From contig NC_042998.1 in NCBI RefSeq assembly GCF_006345805.1, forward strand, positions 38,316,001-38,380,000: 64,000 nucleotides of DNA, written 5' to 3'. Positions 15,333 to 30,371 of the stretch are shown here, one piece after another (the first letter of the stretch is position 1; each line of letters starts with the position of its first letter). This stretch comes from Octopus sinensis (Eukaryota). The notes under the pieces are model-generated. The model was not told where the DNA came from, searched no databases, and saw only the letters and a list, made by a program, of their open reading frames with translations. The translations under genes and the position numbers were made by a program.

Positions 15333-16720
15333 TAAATTCCTTAGCAGTTCCAGTTGTTACTTATAGCTACAATGTGTTGAACTGGAATATGAGTGAAGTA
15401 AAGAATATAGATAGAAAAATACGCAAGCTGCTGAGTTGTAATAGGATGCACCACCCAAGGCAGACGTAGATCGCCTTTACCTTCCCAGAGCCCAAGGAGG
15501 TCGAGGCCTGATCCAATTTGAACTAGCTTACAAAAAACAACCACAATTGGACTGACCAAATATCTCGAAATATCGAATGACTGGATGCTAAAGCTCGTGG
15601 AAAATCATGAGAGACGAAAGAAGCTTCATTCTATCATCAAGGAAAGCAAAAAATTTGCTATTGATCTCGTGCAGGATACCCAAACTGAACAACCCGAGGG
15701 AAGTACGGCAACTATTGTTGCAAAGAAGGTGAAAATGATGGCAATGAAAAAAGCGCACGAGCAATTGGCTGATAGGTGGGAGGAGAAACCTCTGCACAGC
15801 AAATATGTGACCCGCAGCAAACAAGCTGATGTTGACCAGAAGCAAACCCATCAGTGGCTGCGGAGCTCAGGGCTAAAAGCAGAGAGCGAAGGTTTCATCC
15901 TGGCTGCTCAAGACCAAAGCCTATTAACCCGGAACTACCAGGCCAATGTGATGAAAATGGAGCAGACCCAAAATGCCGATTCTGCAACGACATGATTGAA
16001 ACAGTGGACCACCTAATCTCTGGATGTAAAGTCTTAGCACCAGTGGAGTATAAATTAAGACATGACAGAGTTGGCCAATATCTCCACTGGCTAATAAGTC
16101 GGCATTACAATATCAAAACTGCCGACAAGTGGTATAATCACCACCCTGAGGCTGTAACTGAAGGAGAAAATGTAACCATTCTGTGGGACTTTCCAGTACA
16201 TACAGACCGAGCCATCAAGGCCAATAAACCAGATATTGTTGTGAAAGACCAAAACAATAAAGTTTGCTTATTGATCGACATGAGCATCCCCTGTGATCAT
16301 AATATCTCAGCGAAAGAGTTTGACAAGCTCAGAAAATATAAAGACCTACTCATTGAAATTGAGAAAATGTGGCATCTCAAGGCGGTTACAATACCAGTGA
16401 TCGTAGGAGCACTAGGAATGATCAAGAAGGGAACCGAAAATTATATGAGAATGATCCCTGGCTTACCATCCCTGCAAGAAGTGCAAAAGATTGTCTTAAC
16501 TGGTACATCACACGTATTGAGAAGAGCATTGTCGATGTGAGAACTGTTGCTGCTCATGTGTTTTAATTTAACTTAAAAAAAAAAAATTTAAAAAAAAAAA
16601 TGAACGAACTACCGAGTTTGGTTTAATGGCCTACCAATATACACTATGAGTTTCTTTGCCCTAGGAGTCGGGAAGACACTCGGCAAGAAATGGAAGAAAA
16701 TTTGAAAGAAGAAAAAAAAA
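15333..16720 (+). mobile_element. R4/Dong-like non-LTR retrotransposon (RLE type), 5'-truncated, in (TAA)n
   Basis: RLYLPRAQGGRGL thumb motif, ESEGFILAAQDQ, CCHC finger CRFC...HLISGC, RHD, RLE motif KPDIV...LIDMSIP...KYKDL; A-rich end; TAA repeats on both sides; frameshifts. Confidence 0.9.
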
Positions 16721-16776
<56 letters not shown>

Positions 16777-16777
<1 letters not shown>

Positions 16778-16990
16778 TGTCGGAGCCCAGGGAACAGAAA
16801 GTAAAAATCTTGAGATGCACATGGAACAAATAGGGGCTGCAATAAGGCTGGAACACTTAGAGAAAACAACACTGCTTGGAACCGCTCGAATACTCCGGAT
16901 GGTGCTCGAAATATAAGAGGTGTTGTCCTAATTCACTGGTAGCTGACACTGTAGTGCATCTCCAGCGTTAGAAGTTGTGCAAAGACAATA
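16777..16990 (+). mobile_element. 3' end of a second R4-like family
   Basis: Translates VGAQGTESKNLEMHMEQIG...LEKTTLLGTARILRMVLEI*, followed by a short UTR and TAA. Confidence 0.7.
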
Positions 16991-17263
16991 AATAATAACA
17001 GTAATAATAATTCTTTCTACTTAAGGCACAAGGCCTGGCGTTTTTTGAGGGGGTAGGGGATGAGTCGATTACGTCGACCGCAGTACTCAACTGGTACTTG
17101 ATTTATCGACCCCGAAAGGACCAAAGGCGGAATTTGAACTCAGAACATAAGGACGGACGAAATGCCGCTACGTATTTTACCTGGCATGCTAACGGTTCTG
17201 CCAACTCGCTACCTTAAAAAGATGAAGAAGAAGAAGAAGAAGAAGAAGAAGAAGAAGAAGGGG

Positions 17264-17295
<32 letters not shown>

Positions 17296-17749
17296 GGAGG
17301 AGAAGAGAGAAGAAGAAGAAGAAGAAGAAGAAGAAGAAGAAGAAGAAGAAGAAGAAGAAGAAGAAGAAGGAGGAGGAGGAGGAGGAGGAGAAAGAAGAAG
17401 AAGAAGAAGAAGAAGAAGAAGAAGAAGAAGAAGAAGAAGAGTCTGCTTAGTTATCTTTAAAATCACATGTGATGGAAATTACATGGAGCGAATGCAGTTG
17501 ACATTTATGCGATGGCGTAAACATTATAGATTCCATGTAACCGTCAACGCATTTTCAGTTGTAAGTAGTATAGCTGAATTATCTACACCCTTTAAACTCG
17601 ATTGATTAACTCATTCAGATGCTAGTGGCTGGAAAAGGAATGGTCTGGCATTTGCACACACACCACACACACACGTGCACACACACATGCACGTATGCAA
17701 GCGTATATATGCACATATGCATGCACATATATATATATATGTATGTGTG

Positions 17750-17811
<62 letters not shown>

Positions 17812-19414
17812 ACATGTATATATATATATGTGAGTATGTGTGTGTATGTATATTTATATATGTGTGTGTGCGTGTATATATATATATATATATATACAGT
17901 TGAAATTTATAGAAAAACAAAAGACGAAAACACGTGTAGGAACAACAAGCAAGTGTATTAGTTTGACGCTCGGGAAAATGGAAAAGGGTTTTACGTTTCA
18001 AGCCTACGCTCATCGGCTGAAAGGAATTAGAGGAAATAAATACAGAATGGAAAAAGGTGTTGAGTTCAGTGGTCCAACAGGGCAAATGATTGGGGAAAAT
18101 GAGGTTGAATGAAAGGGAGTTAATAAATAGGATAAACTTGAATAATGGGGAGATAATTCATGGTGATCCCAACAAGAGGGGGTGCGCAAGCGTGTGTGTG
18201 TATGTCAGAATGCTGTTTGTGAGTGTGTAAGTGTGTAAGTGTGTATGTATGGATGGGGTGAGTGAATTTGACATGTGTGTGTGCCTGTGTTGTGTGTAAC
18301 AGTTGGTTGTGCTTTTTCACGTGGTGTGTGCACATGTGTGTGTATGTGTGCATCACTGTGACTAAATTGTGTGCATGTGTATAGTGTATGTGTGTAGGTG
18401 TATGTATGTATCGGAACTTGGCAACGTTAGAAACATGAAGTATGGCAAATCAAATAAAACAATCCATTGTGTTTAAACCAGTAACATTTACCATTTAAGA
18501 AAGTATATTCCCAAGTAATGATAAAGTGCCTTGGACCAAAAATTTTGATTTCTGCCCTTTATGTCAAAGGTGAAAGTCAAATCCGAGTTGTATAACATAA
18601 AAACGTCAGCAAATTAGCATTCGAGTTTATCAGAATATTTCTATAAAGCCAGCTAAGCTCCCTGAAATACAGCGATTGACAGTTGTTTTCCAATTGTTTA
18701 TCACATCGAAAAATACTAATTCCTTGCGTTTGTTGCGCAAATGGCTAAATGTATTCTGTTCGCAGTTGACAGCGTTTTATTTTTGAAACCCAGCGAGCGA
18801 TGCAATGCCCTGGATGAACTGTCTTCCGAAAAAAATTGGTGCTTGTGCATTATTGTGATGATATTTTTGTCAATTTCAACTTTGGAGACAAGGATTAAAG
18901 AAAGAGAGAGAGACTGACAGACAGACAAGCAGACAGAGATGGAAACTGGACCCGGTGACCCTTAATTATTGTTGCTTATTTAAATATGCACAGAAAAGGA
19001 AAAATGAAAGTTAATCATGACATGATTCGAAATCAGAAACATTAAACAATGGACAAAAAGATCATCATAAGCAACTTATCTCTCGATCCAATCTCGATAT
19101 TTCTTCATCAATCTACATTTATCCCTCCAAGGATCAAAATAGCCTTTTTATCCCTTCAACGATCAAAATCTTCCTTTACGCTCAATATATAATTACATGC
19201 CAGGTTTCAATTGAAAGATCATCCAGCGTATTCCAGTCGAAATCCCTACCATGAGCCTTGTACAACAGTCACATATAACAGCCTTGTACAACAGCCTTGT
19301 ACAAAACTAATGGTTTTGTACGTCATGTTAAGTTCATGACAAGCCTGAATTAACATGATTTACAAGATATCTTTGTTACAATGCATAGCAACATTTTATA
19401 CACAATATATACAT

Positions 19415-19810
19415 AAGGCGGCGAGCTGGCAGAATCGTTAGCACGCCGACGAAATGCTTAGCAGTATTTCGTCTGCCGTTACGTTCTGAGTTCAAATTCC
19501 GCCGAGGTCGACTTTGCCATTCATCCTTTCGGGGTCGATTACATAAGTACCAGTTACGCACTGGGGTAGATATAATAGACTTAATGCGTTTGTCTGTCCT
19601 TGTTTGTCCTTTCTGTGTGTAGCCCCTTGTGGGCAGTAAAGAAATAGGTATTTCGTCTGTCTTACGTACTAAGTTCAAATTCCGCCGAGGTTGACTCTGC
19701 CTTTCATCGTTTCGGGGGTCGATAAATTAGGTACCAGTTGCGTACTGGAGTCGATCTTATCGACTGGTCCCATCCTCATTAATTTCGGATCTTGCGCCTA
19801 GACTAGAAAA
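19415..19810 (+). mobile_element. SINE family B (also ~14838, 17010, 20283, 23440, 34862, 35125, 40953, 48000, 49995, 51237, 51830, 56570-57220)
   Basis: aaggcggcgagctggcagaatcgttagcacgccg...gagttcaaattcc...gcc(t/a)ttcatcctttcggggtcgat...aagtaccagtt, repeated many times. Confidence 0.85.
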
Positions 19811-22500
19811 AATTTATAAACATTTCTATATTAGGTGATAGCAATGAGTTACAGAAAAATGATTAAATAACTTTGACTCTTCTGGAATAACAAATATTAA
19901 ATAACTGTCAACTGAAAATAGTTATTGCTTAGTTGAGTGGGCCTTTCAGTTTATAACCCTTCGTCAGGGCTGGTTTGTGTTCTTACCGATAAACTAGGAA
20001 ATTAATTAATGAGAATTGAGAAATCACACAACTCAGACTGTTCGGCCATGTTCCTCGATTTGCCGAGTTAGACCCTGCTTGCCGTGTTCTCTTCACTGAG
20101 GATCCGACTGGGTTGATCACTTGTGTTGGCCAACCAGATGCCCCACGATTACGGCAGATGGTGAAGGATCTTACAGAGACGTGGACTGAGTGGGACTCTG
20201 CTGAAAGTGTTGCCAGGGAGGGCCCCAGGATATACCGACAAATGGTGAATGCAGCAACACGCTGCAACGGCGCATGACCCCTATACCTATTTCTTTTCTA
20301 CCCACAAGAGGCTAAACACAGGGGAGACAAACAAGGACAAACAGACGGATTAAGTAGATTATATCTACCCCAGTGCGTAACTGGTACTTAATTTATCGAC
20401 CCCGAAAGGATGAAAGGCAAAGTCGACCTCGGCGGAATTTGAACTCAGAACGCAGGGGCAGACGAAATACCGCTTAGCATTTCGCCCCTATACCTGACCT
20501 GAGGGAGAAATCGGATTAGAGAAGAGACAGGGACTAATTGCCAAACATAAAAAAAAAACATTTTGTTTACAAACTGCCCTGTCAATATGGAAACATGTAA
20601 ATTAGATGGAAAAGAGCGGGAGCTTAACGCAAGAATATCAGAAGTTTTATACAAGGCTTTCGGTTTAGTGTTCCGTCACATTTTGAGGAAATATAATAAT
20701 ACAGGTCTAAATGGAAGACCCAAATACTGTAAACCATTAAGCTATGAAGGCTCACTCTATTAAGAAACACAACCCTAACCCGAACCACATGCTAAATTAG
20801 ACACATGAAAGCAGCCAGAACAATAAATGTGTGTTTCTTTCTCAAAATCCTAAAGTTCTTCTTTTAAACCAGTTTATCGATAAAAACACAAACCAGTCAA
20901 TCTGACGAAGATTTATGAACAAGTAAACGCGCGTGGTTAAGCAATAAAACTTAAACCATCAACATGGCTACAAGTTAACGCTTATTTGTTATTCTGATGT
21001 TTCATTTTTGTCGCTTTGTGTTATTTTGCCACTTCAGCAGTAAATCACACGTAACTGCATTGACCTACTCTCCACAACATGCTGCAGGGGAAACACCAAC
21101 AGAAAGCGTATATAAATTGTTTTTCCTTATAATTCAATTCTATCATCACTATGTACACATCTCAGTTCGAGAGTTGTAATAGCTGATTAAATTACTGATA
21201 ATATACGTCGGCCCATGTTCTTTGCAAATACAATTAATTCTCTAATCTAAAAAGAGGACGTAAGACGTCAGGTCTTTGACATACTCTGTAGAAAGGAATT
21301 AACTTTTCCATTGACAAATTCCGGTTTTAAGAATCTTGTGGACCCACTACTTTTTTATATCTCCTAGCTCTCCTGTCTGACCACCTCTGTCCGGCATTCG
21401 CTATGATTGATCGTTAGCCACTAAAACTTTTTTTTTAATTTTCTCTCTCTGCTTATTTCTGTGTTCCTTTCGTTAAAGAGCGTAGGTTCGAAACGTAAAA
21501 GACTTTCTCACTTCCCGAGCGTTAAACTAACACATCTGTTTGTTGTTTACACACTCGTCTTCGTCTTTTGTTTTGTTTTGTTTTTTGTTTTTTTGTAAAT
21601 TCCAACTATATGTATATATACACATATATATTCCCATGTCGTAAATATATTAACGATAAAACTGAGCCTTCTGCTTTTGGTAAAATTGTACAAGTCCTTT
21701 GAAGTCCTTGTAGATAAAGTAACTAATGGTAGACTGATTATTTTTTAATCCAAAGTTATTACCTGTTGAATCTAAAATTTCTGACTCCTTTGTAAGTCAT
21801 CTAAAACTCAGACATTCGTGTATTTAGGAACAGAAGACAAAACACTTTCAATATAGGCCTACTGAAAAATGACGTGGTTGTGGGGTATGGGTGTGTGTGT
21901 CATACATTTGCTAGTACCACAGGAGTATAATGTATACAAATGGTAGGTTAGAAATTTGACATAGAACGAAATCACGTATAGTAAGAAATTATTAATTTGC
22001 CTTATTTGTAAATGATAACGGAAGAAAGAATGACACGAATTTATTTTTTGTAAGAAGAGAGAACGGAATATTGAGATGTGCAATATTTTTCAAGAACCTC
22101 ATCGTCATAATAAAATGACTTTGCATTAGATGTTAATGTAAACCGGGTTACCAAGATCTTAGCCAAACGTTTTCATTCGTGTAACACCAAGAATGTTGTT
22201 ACTTTGTTAAAAAAAAATTGTAAAGTCAATGCAGAGGTAAAGCAAATATTTAACGAACAACTGACACATAACAAATTCCAACTTGATTCTGACGCAAAGA
22301 ATGATATTGATTTCCTTTGCTGAGCACAAAATCGTTCAATGAAGGCTCCCTTTTGCAAGAGAATTTCTTTTTTAATATTTCATTTGTTTGTTTCGTTTAC
22401 GAAAATCCTTTTCATTATTCGTGATATCTGAGATCTTTTGACTTGAAGCATTTCATTTAAATAACGAAAGAACAAACAACATAGATATATGTGTGTGTGT

Positions 22501-22586
<86 letters not shown>

Positions 22587-22748
22587 TACAAACACACCCA
22601 TTTATATATCTTATATACATATATATATATATATATAATATATATATATATACATACATACATATACATACATAAATACATAAATACATACATACATATA
22701 TATATATATATAATATAATATATATAATATATATATGTATATATATTA

Positions 22749-22792
<44 letters not shown>

Positions 22793-23629
22793 TATATATA
22801 CATAATGTTTTAAAGCGTTGAAATTCTCGTGTGGGAAGCGGAATGATAGAGGTCGCTTAGCTATCTAAACAAGTACAATATAAAAGATCAAAAACGTGTT
22901 CTTTTCAATCGTAGATTTGAATTTCATTCATCGAAAATTGGAGAAACAACTCCATGTTCAACATAACACTTTCTTCTTTCATTTTTCTTTTATTCTTCAT
23001 TTTTGATCATTGTTCGATCATTTCCTAAAAACTATTTTATATTTTGTTGTCACTCTGACAATAGTGTTAAAAGACAGTTTGGCGGCATTTCTATTTAAAA
23101 CTTAACCCAAATGACTTCAAAATATGTTGTAGCAGTTTTGTTTATTTTGTTGATGTTATTGAGGGAGAAGTGGTGATGGTGGCAACATTTTGTTGAAAAT
23201 GCTCATGGATCACAAATCAATATATTACATTTGCAACTGGAAGGTCAAAATGCAAAGAAAATTCAATGGAGGTGTAACTTTTACACAACACGGGAAAAGA
23301 ATACTGAATCATATTTTTTTAATCAACACAGGAATACATTTCTTCTCTCATATAATTCAAAAAAAAAAACTGCGTTCCCTTATTTTGTGTGGTTATTTAT
23401 ATTAATTGTGTTGATTAGTAATATTTCTGCAAGTACTATAATGCTTAGCAACATTTCGTTCGTCTTTACGTTCTGAGTTCAAACTCCACCAAGGTCGACT
23501 TTGCCTTTCATTCTTTCGGGATCGATAAAATAAGTACCAGTTGAACACTGGGGCTATGTAATCGACTTGCACCCTACCCCAAGATTAATGGCCTTGTGCC
23601 AAAATTTGAAACCATTATTATTATTACCA

Positions 23630-24100
23630 TTGTTGTTGATTTGTAACCTTCGATATCCATAAGCTTCCAATAGCTTTTCAATTGTTTAAAAGACTCCTGT
23701 AGAAACTCTACAACACATTCCGCTACAATCTCCTTCAACTATTTGCCTGTATCTTTACTCACAGTTCCTAATGCACCAGTTATTACAGACACAGCTTTTA
23801 CAGTTTCCATACTTCAAATTCTTGCAATTTCAAATTTTAAGAGATTGTATTTTTTTAAATATTTTTCCGTCTCTTTCTTTACAATCCTGTAATCAAACAG
23901 ACATGATGGATCAATAAACAAGCAACTTCGCTTTTCCTTGTCTATTTTTGTTATGTCTAGTTTGTTATTTTCTAGTTTCTTATCCGTTTGAACTGGAAAA
24001 TCCCATAAAATTTTGCATTTCTTCGACTCAATCACTGTTTCTACACGACGATCATACCACGTACTTCCAGCTCCAAATCCCCATTTCTGACAAAGCTTCT
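23630..24100 (-). mobile_element. Decayed R4-like RLE endonuclease fragment
   Basis: KILWDFPVQTDKKLENNKLDI...FIDPSC...KYNLLKFEIARI. Confidence 0.75.
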
Positions 24101-24299
24101 AGAGTAAAACTTTCACAACTTGATCATACCTCAATTTCTTATATTCTCCCTGGGCCAGCCGGGGAAATTCTGCAACAACGTATGCCACTGTTTCATTCAT
24201 GTTGAAACTCCGGGAGTCTTGCATGCGCAACGAGGTTACTTCCGCCAGCCCACGGTACCTTTCTATCTATTCTTTTCAACAATCTAATACTTTCTCGAT

Positions 24300-24625
24300 T
24301 AGTCTGATGATGTAACAGCTCTACTGAGCACTCTATTTCGATTTTCTTTACATTCCTCTTGGTGCCTTCTGATACTCTACCGAAGGACCCAACAATAATT
24401 GGTACTGCCTTCACCGTCTTCAATTTCCATTGCCGGGCTATCTCGTATTTAAGAGGATTGTATATGCCGAAATTTTCGCCTTCCTTGTTAATTATTCGTG
24501 GGTCAAAAGGGCACACGACATCAGCTATATAGTACATGTGGTTTCACTTGTCCACTTCCGCTTGGTCCGGCTTGTGCACCTGATCTGTTCGGATTGGGAA
24601 ATCCCATAAGATTTTGCAGGTCTCC
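24300..24625 (-). mobile_element. Decayed R4-like RLE endonuclease fragment
   Basis: IADVVCPFDPRI...YNPLKYEIARQWKLKTVKAVPIIVGSFG. Confidence 0.75.
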
Positions 24626-25106
24626 GATTCCACCACTCTCTGCAGTTTTTTTCCCTTACCACGTCTTACCTCTCTCTCTCTCTCTCTCTTCTCTCTCCTC
24701 TCTCCTCTCTCTCTCTCCTCTCTCTCTCCCCTCTCCTCTCTTCATCCTCTCTCTCTTCCCCTCTCCTCCTCTCTCTCTCTCCTATCTCTCTCCTCTCTCT
24801 CCTCTCTCTCTCTCTCTCCCCTTGACAGGACTTCTTACATGTTGAAAAGGGCAATTAAACCCAAACCACGAAAGAAATGAATTCTTAATGCACGCTGCTT
24901 ATACACACACTAGTGAAAAGAGATTGAGTTAACCCTATCCTCGAGTTTCGCTATTAATGACCAAATAAATTAATTTGGCATCTATTGCTCATCTGTGGGA
25001 TCGCTACAAATGCATAATTATGTAGCCATAATACGTACCGAAAACACGAAGTAAAGACCTGCGCAGACAGAACTTTATATTTATTCAGTATATATATATA
25101 TATATA

Positions 25107-26023
<917 letters not shown>

Positions 26024-26026
26024 TTA

Positions 26027-26210
26027 CAGGGTTGGCAAAAAGTCACCTAATAGTAAATCAAAACCATTTAATTCCAAGATTAATTTATGTTTAACAATTG
26101 TTCAAACTGAAATCCTTCTTGAGCGACTCATTTTACCATTTCTGTTAATACAGAATTATAGATAGTATTTAGGAATTTTGATTTTACTGTCAGACGACAT
26201 TTGTCCCACC

Positions 26211-26213
<3 letters not shown>
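26027..26213. mobile_element. Small Tc1/mariner-type MITE
   Basis: TA-CAGGGTTGGCAAAAAGTC ... GACATTTGTCCCACCCTG-TA. Confidence 0.55.
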
Positions 26214-26309
<96 letters not shown>

Positions 26310-26559
26310 TATATATATATATTATATATATATATTCATTTATTTATATATGTATGTGTATTTTTCAATGTGTATAAATAACTCGGGAAAAATAGATAAA
26401 TAGTTACCATGGTAGCAAAAATTCACATAAGTACCAAGGATATTACAGCCTCTTTATAAAGGTATAAATTCCAGGCTTAAGTGAAATGTCTTTGTATGAC
26501 ATGGATCAATTAAGAAATGGAGTCAAACACAGGTGTTATTCGTTTGACTTCATTTCATA

Positions 26560-26592
<33 letters not shown>

Positions 26593-26677
26593 TGTGTGTG
26601 TGTGTGTGTGTGTATCATATATGTATATGTCAATAATATTTTTGTATTTTTGTTTAGGAATTATATATATATAAATA

Positions 26678-26713
<36 letters not shown>

Positions 26714-26767
26714 TGTATTATGTATGTAGGATGTATATATATATATATGTATGTATGTATGTATGTA

Positions 26768-26834
<67 letters not shown>

Positions 26835-26883
26835 GTATGTATTATGTATGTATGTACGCATGTATATTATGCGTGGCTAATTA

Positions 26884-27400
26884 ATAATTTACCACCTAAA
26901 GGCAAATATATAGACGTCAGTCAAGTGACAGAGGGTACAGAGCGGTACCGGCATTGCTAGAAATAAGAGTCAAAATATCTCATTAGCCACAAAGATTTGT
27001 TTGCCTTATCAACTTACTAAGTGCTCTTGCTGCTAATGAGTAGTTTTGACTCTTATTTCTAGCAATGCCGATACCACTTTGTCACTTTACTGACGTCTAT
27101 AAATTTGCCTTTAGGTGGTGAAATTGCTAAAAGCCACCCACATTATTTACAGTTTTCACTTCTACCGTTTTTTGAAATAATTGTATGAGTTCAATGGATT
27201 CTCTGATAAGCTGACAAGGTGAGCTGCGTTTAACCCTAGGCGCGGTAAGAGCCACTGACGGCAACTAAGATGCTCGGCATCGAAATTTGAAATCTCTAGT
27301 GATACGGCTATATCTGTAATCGTAGTGAGCTCTTGTGGCTATTATTTCTAGCAATGCCGGTACCATTTTCATCATCTCTCACTTAGTGACGTCTATAAAA
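26884..27400 (+). mobile_element. Degenerate non-coding element with the same inverted-plus-direct architecture
   Basis: 26884-26985 is inverted versus ~27030-27125; tatttctagcaatgccg...gacgtctataaa recurs about 290 bp downstream (27343-27398). Confidence 0.5.
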
Positions 27401-27630
27401 ATTACTTTGTCTTATATATATATATTATATATATATATATATAATATATATGCCGAAATTGCTAAGATGATCTGGTTTTGACTGATGACTGAGGGCTTCG
27501 AATGTCCCGTTCTGTGGTTCTTGGTCGTCTCTGTGGTGTGTTCATGTTCTTGTCCATGTCTGTAATTATTTTTACTGTTTACCTATATATATATATATAT
27601 GTGTGTGTATGTGTGTGTGTGTGTGTGTGT

Positions 27631-27671
<41 letters not shown>

Positions 27672-27719
27672 GTGTGTGTATGTGTGTTAATAATATTTTT
27701 GCATTTTCGCTTAAGAATA

Positions 27720-27758
<39 letters not shown>

Positions 27759-27764
27759 CACATT

Positions 27765-27817
<53 letters not shown>

Positions 27818-27823
27818 CTATAT

Positions 27824-27878
<55 letters not shown>

Positions 27879-27908
27879 CATGTATTTATGTATTTATGTA
27901 TGTATATG

Positions 27909-27960
<52 letters not shown>

Positions 27961-28133
27961 ATATATATTTGTATGTGTGCACGAGTTTGTGGAATAGACA
28001 TGCACATGCACATTTATATATGCAATTGTGTATATATAATTGCATATAGATGTATGCATATATGCATATACATATGCGTATAAATATATATGTATATTTA
28101 CGTGTTTACATATACACACACATATATGTATGC

Positions 28134-28179
<46 letters not shown>

Positions 28180-28556
28180 CAGATATATATAGGTATACAT
28201 TTTCATACACACACACGCTCACACACACATATATAAGTTATTATGTAATGATGATAATTAATATAATGAGAATGTGAACACCAATTTTAATTCTAAAACC
28301 AATAACTGATGGGACTCAAATCCATTGTGCGTCGCTCGTCGAATTACTAGGTTTATTGATTGCATCATAATCTTGTCTACTCCGTCGGTAATTTGTTAAC
28401 TACTTCGCCTACATAAAGTTAGGTTTCCTGTAATTATATCTAAGGTAACAAGATGGAGCATCTTCATTCGATAAATCGGCTATAATTAATTATACATACA
28501 CACAGACACTCACAGACACAAAGGCACACACATACACACACATGAACACACACACA

Positions 28557-28589
<33 letters not shown>

Positions 28590-28814
28590 GAATGCACAAG
28601 TACTTGTTTAAGCCAGATCATTCTTGGTTGGTAGATCTATGATGAAAGCCTTAAGCCGTAAGCATCCTACTTTTACGTCAGTTCAGTGAGTGCTTTCTGT
28701 AATTTGTACACACACGAGATTGGCATCGGAGCCATGTATGTATGTATGTATGTATGTGTGTGTGTGTGTGTGTGGTGTGTGTATGCATGTATTTTCCTTT
28801 TGTTTTTTGTTTTT

Positions 28815-29330
28815 TAATTTACAGTGAATTTCGTCCGACCATCTGCTTGGTTTTGAAGGAAAACGTTTTTCTTTTGTTCCTCATCCTTTAAATCTTTCGA
28901 AGGTATTTTGCAGACATTTATTTTCCCAGTCATGGGGATCATTTGTAGCGTTTTAATTAACGAGTCGCATTCTCTTCTCAAGAATCCCAGTTCAACAATG
29001 CTTTGCTCCAGGCACACTGGTACCATATCCTGTTCTTCCAACAATAATAGACAAGAAACTGAAATTGTATCTTGATATTCGCAAACTTCTTATGAATGGT
29101 CCATAAACGATTCCTTTCTCCACTATCTTTGGATCAGAGTTTTTGTCCAGAGGACAGGTCATTTCTATATCAAAGTATATTTTTCCTTTTGATCCTACAC
29201 GACCATATCTGCTCAGTTATGTTCTAACTTGGTGGTTGGTTTAATTTTGAAGTTCTGCTAATAGTCTCTTGACACATCGATCTCAATATAATCCGTTGGA
29301 ATTGTCTTTATACTTATTCTTCTTTGGCCA
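28815..29330 (-). mobile_element. Highly decayed RLE-type LINE fragment
   Basis: Minus strand reads RADMVV*DQKEK...IEMTCPLDKN, similar to the PD..IE.SCP motif. Confidence 0.4.
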
Positions 29331-29869
29331 CCAAACAATGCCTCATGGATCGATGACATCGAGAAGACAGTCTCTGGCAGTTGGTAATAATGTTGTTCAA
29401 GGCTTCGATTTTAGCTATGCACAGCCTACATTTCTTGTCCATCAATGTTTTCTGGCTTTTATGCAGCAGGTTCTTGGTGGGAATCTCTTTTTGAATTCCA
29501 TGGAGACAGCCTTCAAATTGGCATAAAGCTTTTTATATGATATATACCCCTATGGATTGCGTCTTTCGTGCGCAGTACCCTTACACTACTTTCTCAATGA
29601 AATAGCCCGTTTTCTTTCATGTATGTACCTATGCATACGTATGCATGTGTTTATGTATGAAGTATGTATGTACTTATATTGTACATATTTATTTATGCAT
29701 GTTTGTATGTATGATGTATGTACGCATACGTATTCCTGTATGCATGTATGCATGTATGTATGTACGTATGCATGTATGCATGTATGTATGTACGTATGCA
29801 TGCATGTATGAATGTGTAAATATGTATGTATGGCTCATGTGAAGCCACCAGAACTTTAAGTGTCACTAC

Positions 29870-30361
29870 ACTAACTGTGACCCGTTGGGTCACTGACGGT
29901 TCAGGTTATAAAACATATAATGGAAAATAGTCGGATCGTATGAATTTTTCAAAACTCCTCTCGGAAAAATTCTTTTCTATAAATCCCTATATACTCTGAA
30001 TCCACAGCATGTAAGCGGTATTTGATGATAATTTTGTTAAAACGTATCCATTTTACTGGAAGTTATGAAGCAACAAATTCGGGTGGAGTACACATCTGTA
30101 GTTATGCCAACAAAAACTATCCGGTGTTCACAGTAGAGAGCAATAACTGCAGGTTTTACTGCTTAAAATTGTAGGAACAAAGCTCAGAAAGAACGTGTAC
30201 CTCGGAAACCTGTAGTCCGATTTACACGAAATTTGTTTTGTTCCGTTTGTATTCACATTTCAGGGGTACTTTACTTTCAGCTATTCTCCACTATGCTCCG
30301 GTTTGGCTATATTAAATGACAAACAAGCAAGCAAGCAGTCACAGAGTTTTAGTAGTACATA
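29870..30361 (+). mobile_element. Possible non-autonomous Helitron/Helentron-like element
   Basis: 5' taactgtgacccg-ttgggtcac hairpin; internal gtccgatttacacgaaattt; 3' acaaacaagcaagc...ttttagtagtacatag. Resembles DINE/HINE layouts from memory. Confidence 0.4.
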
Positions 30362-30371
30362 GGTTGTCTGT

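Noticed and set aside
19935-19975. Minus-strand CTGACGA...GAAA hammerhead-like motif
   Set aside because: No stem III/NUH/stem I closure.
20899-20940. CTGACGA...taaa-cgcgcg-tg hammerhead-like motif
   Set aside because: G12, stem II and the cleavage triplet are missing; at best a relic.
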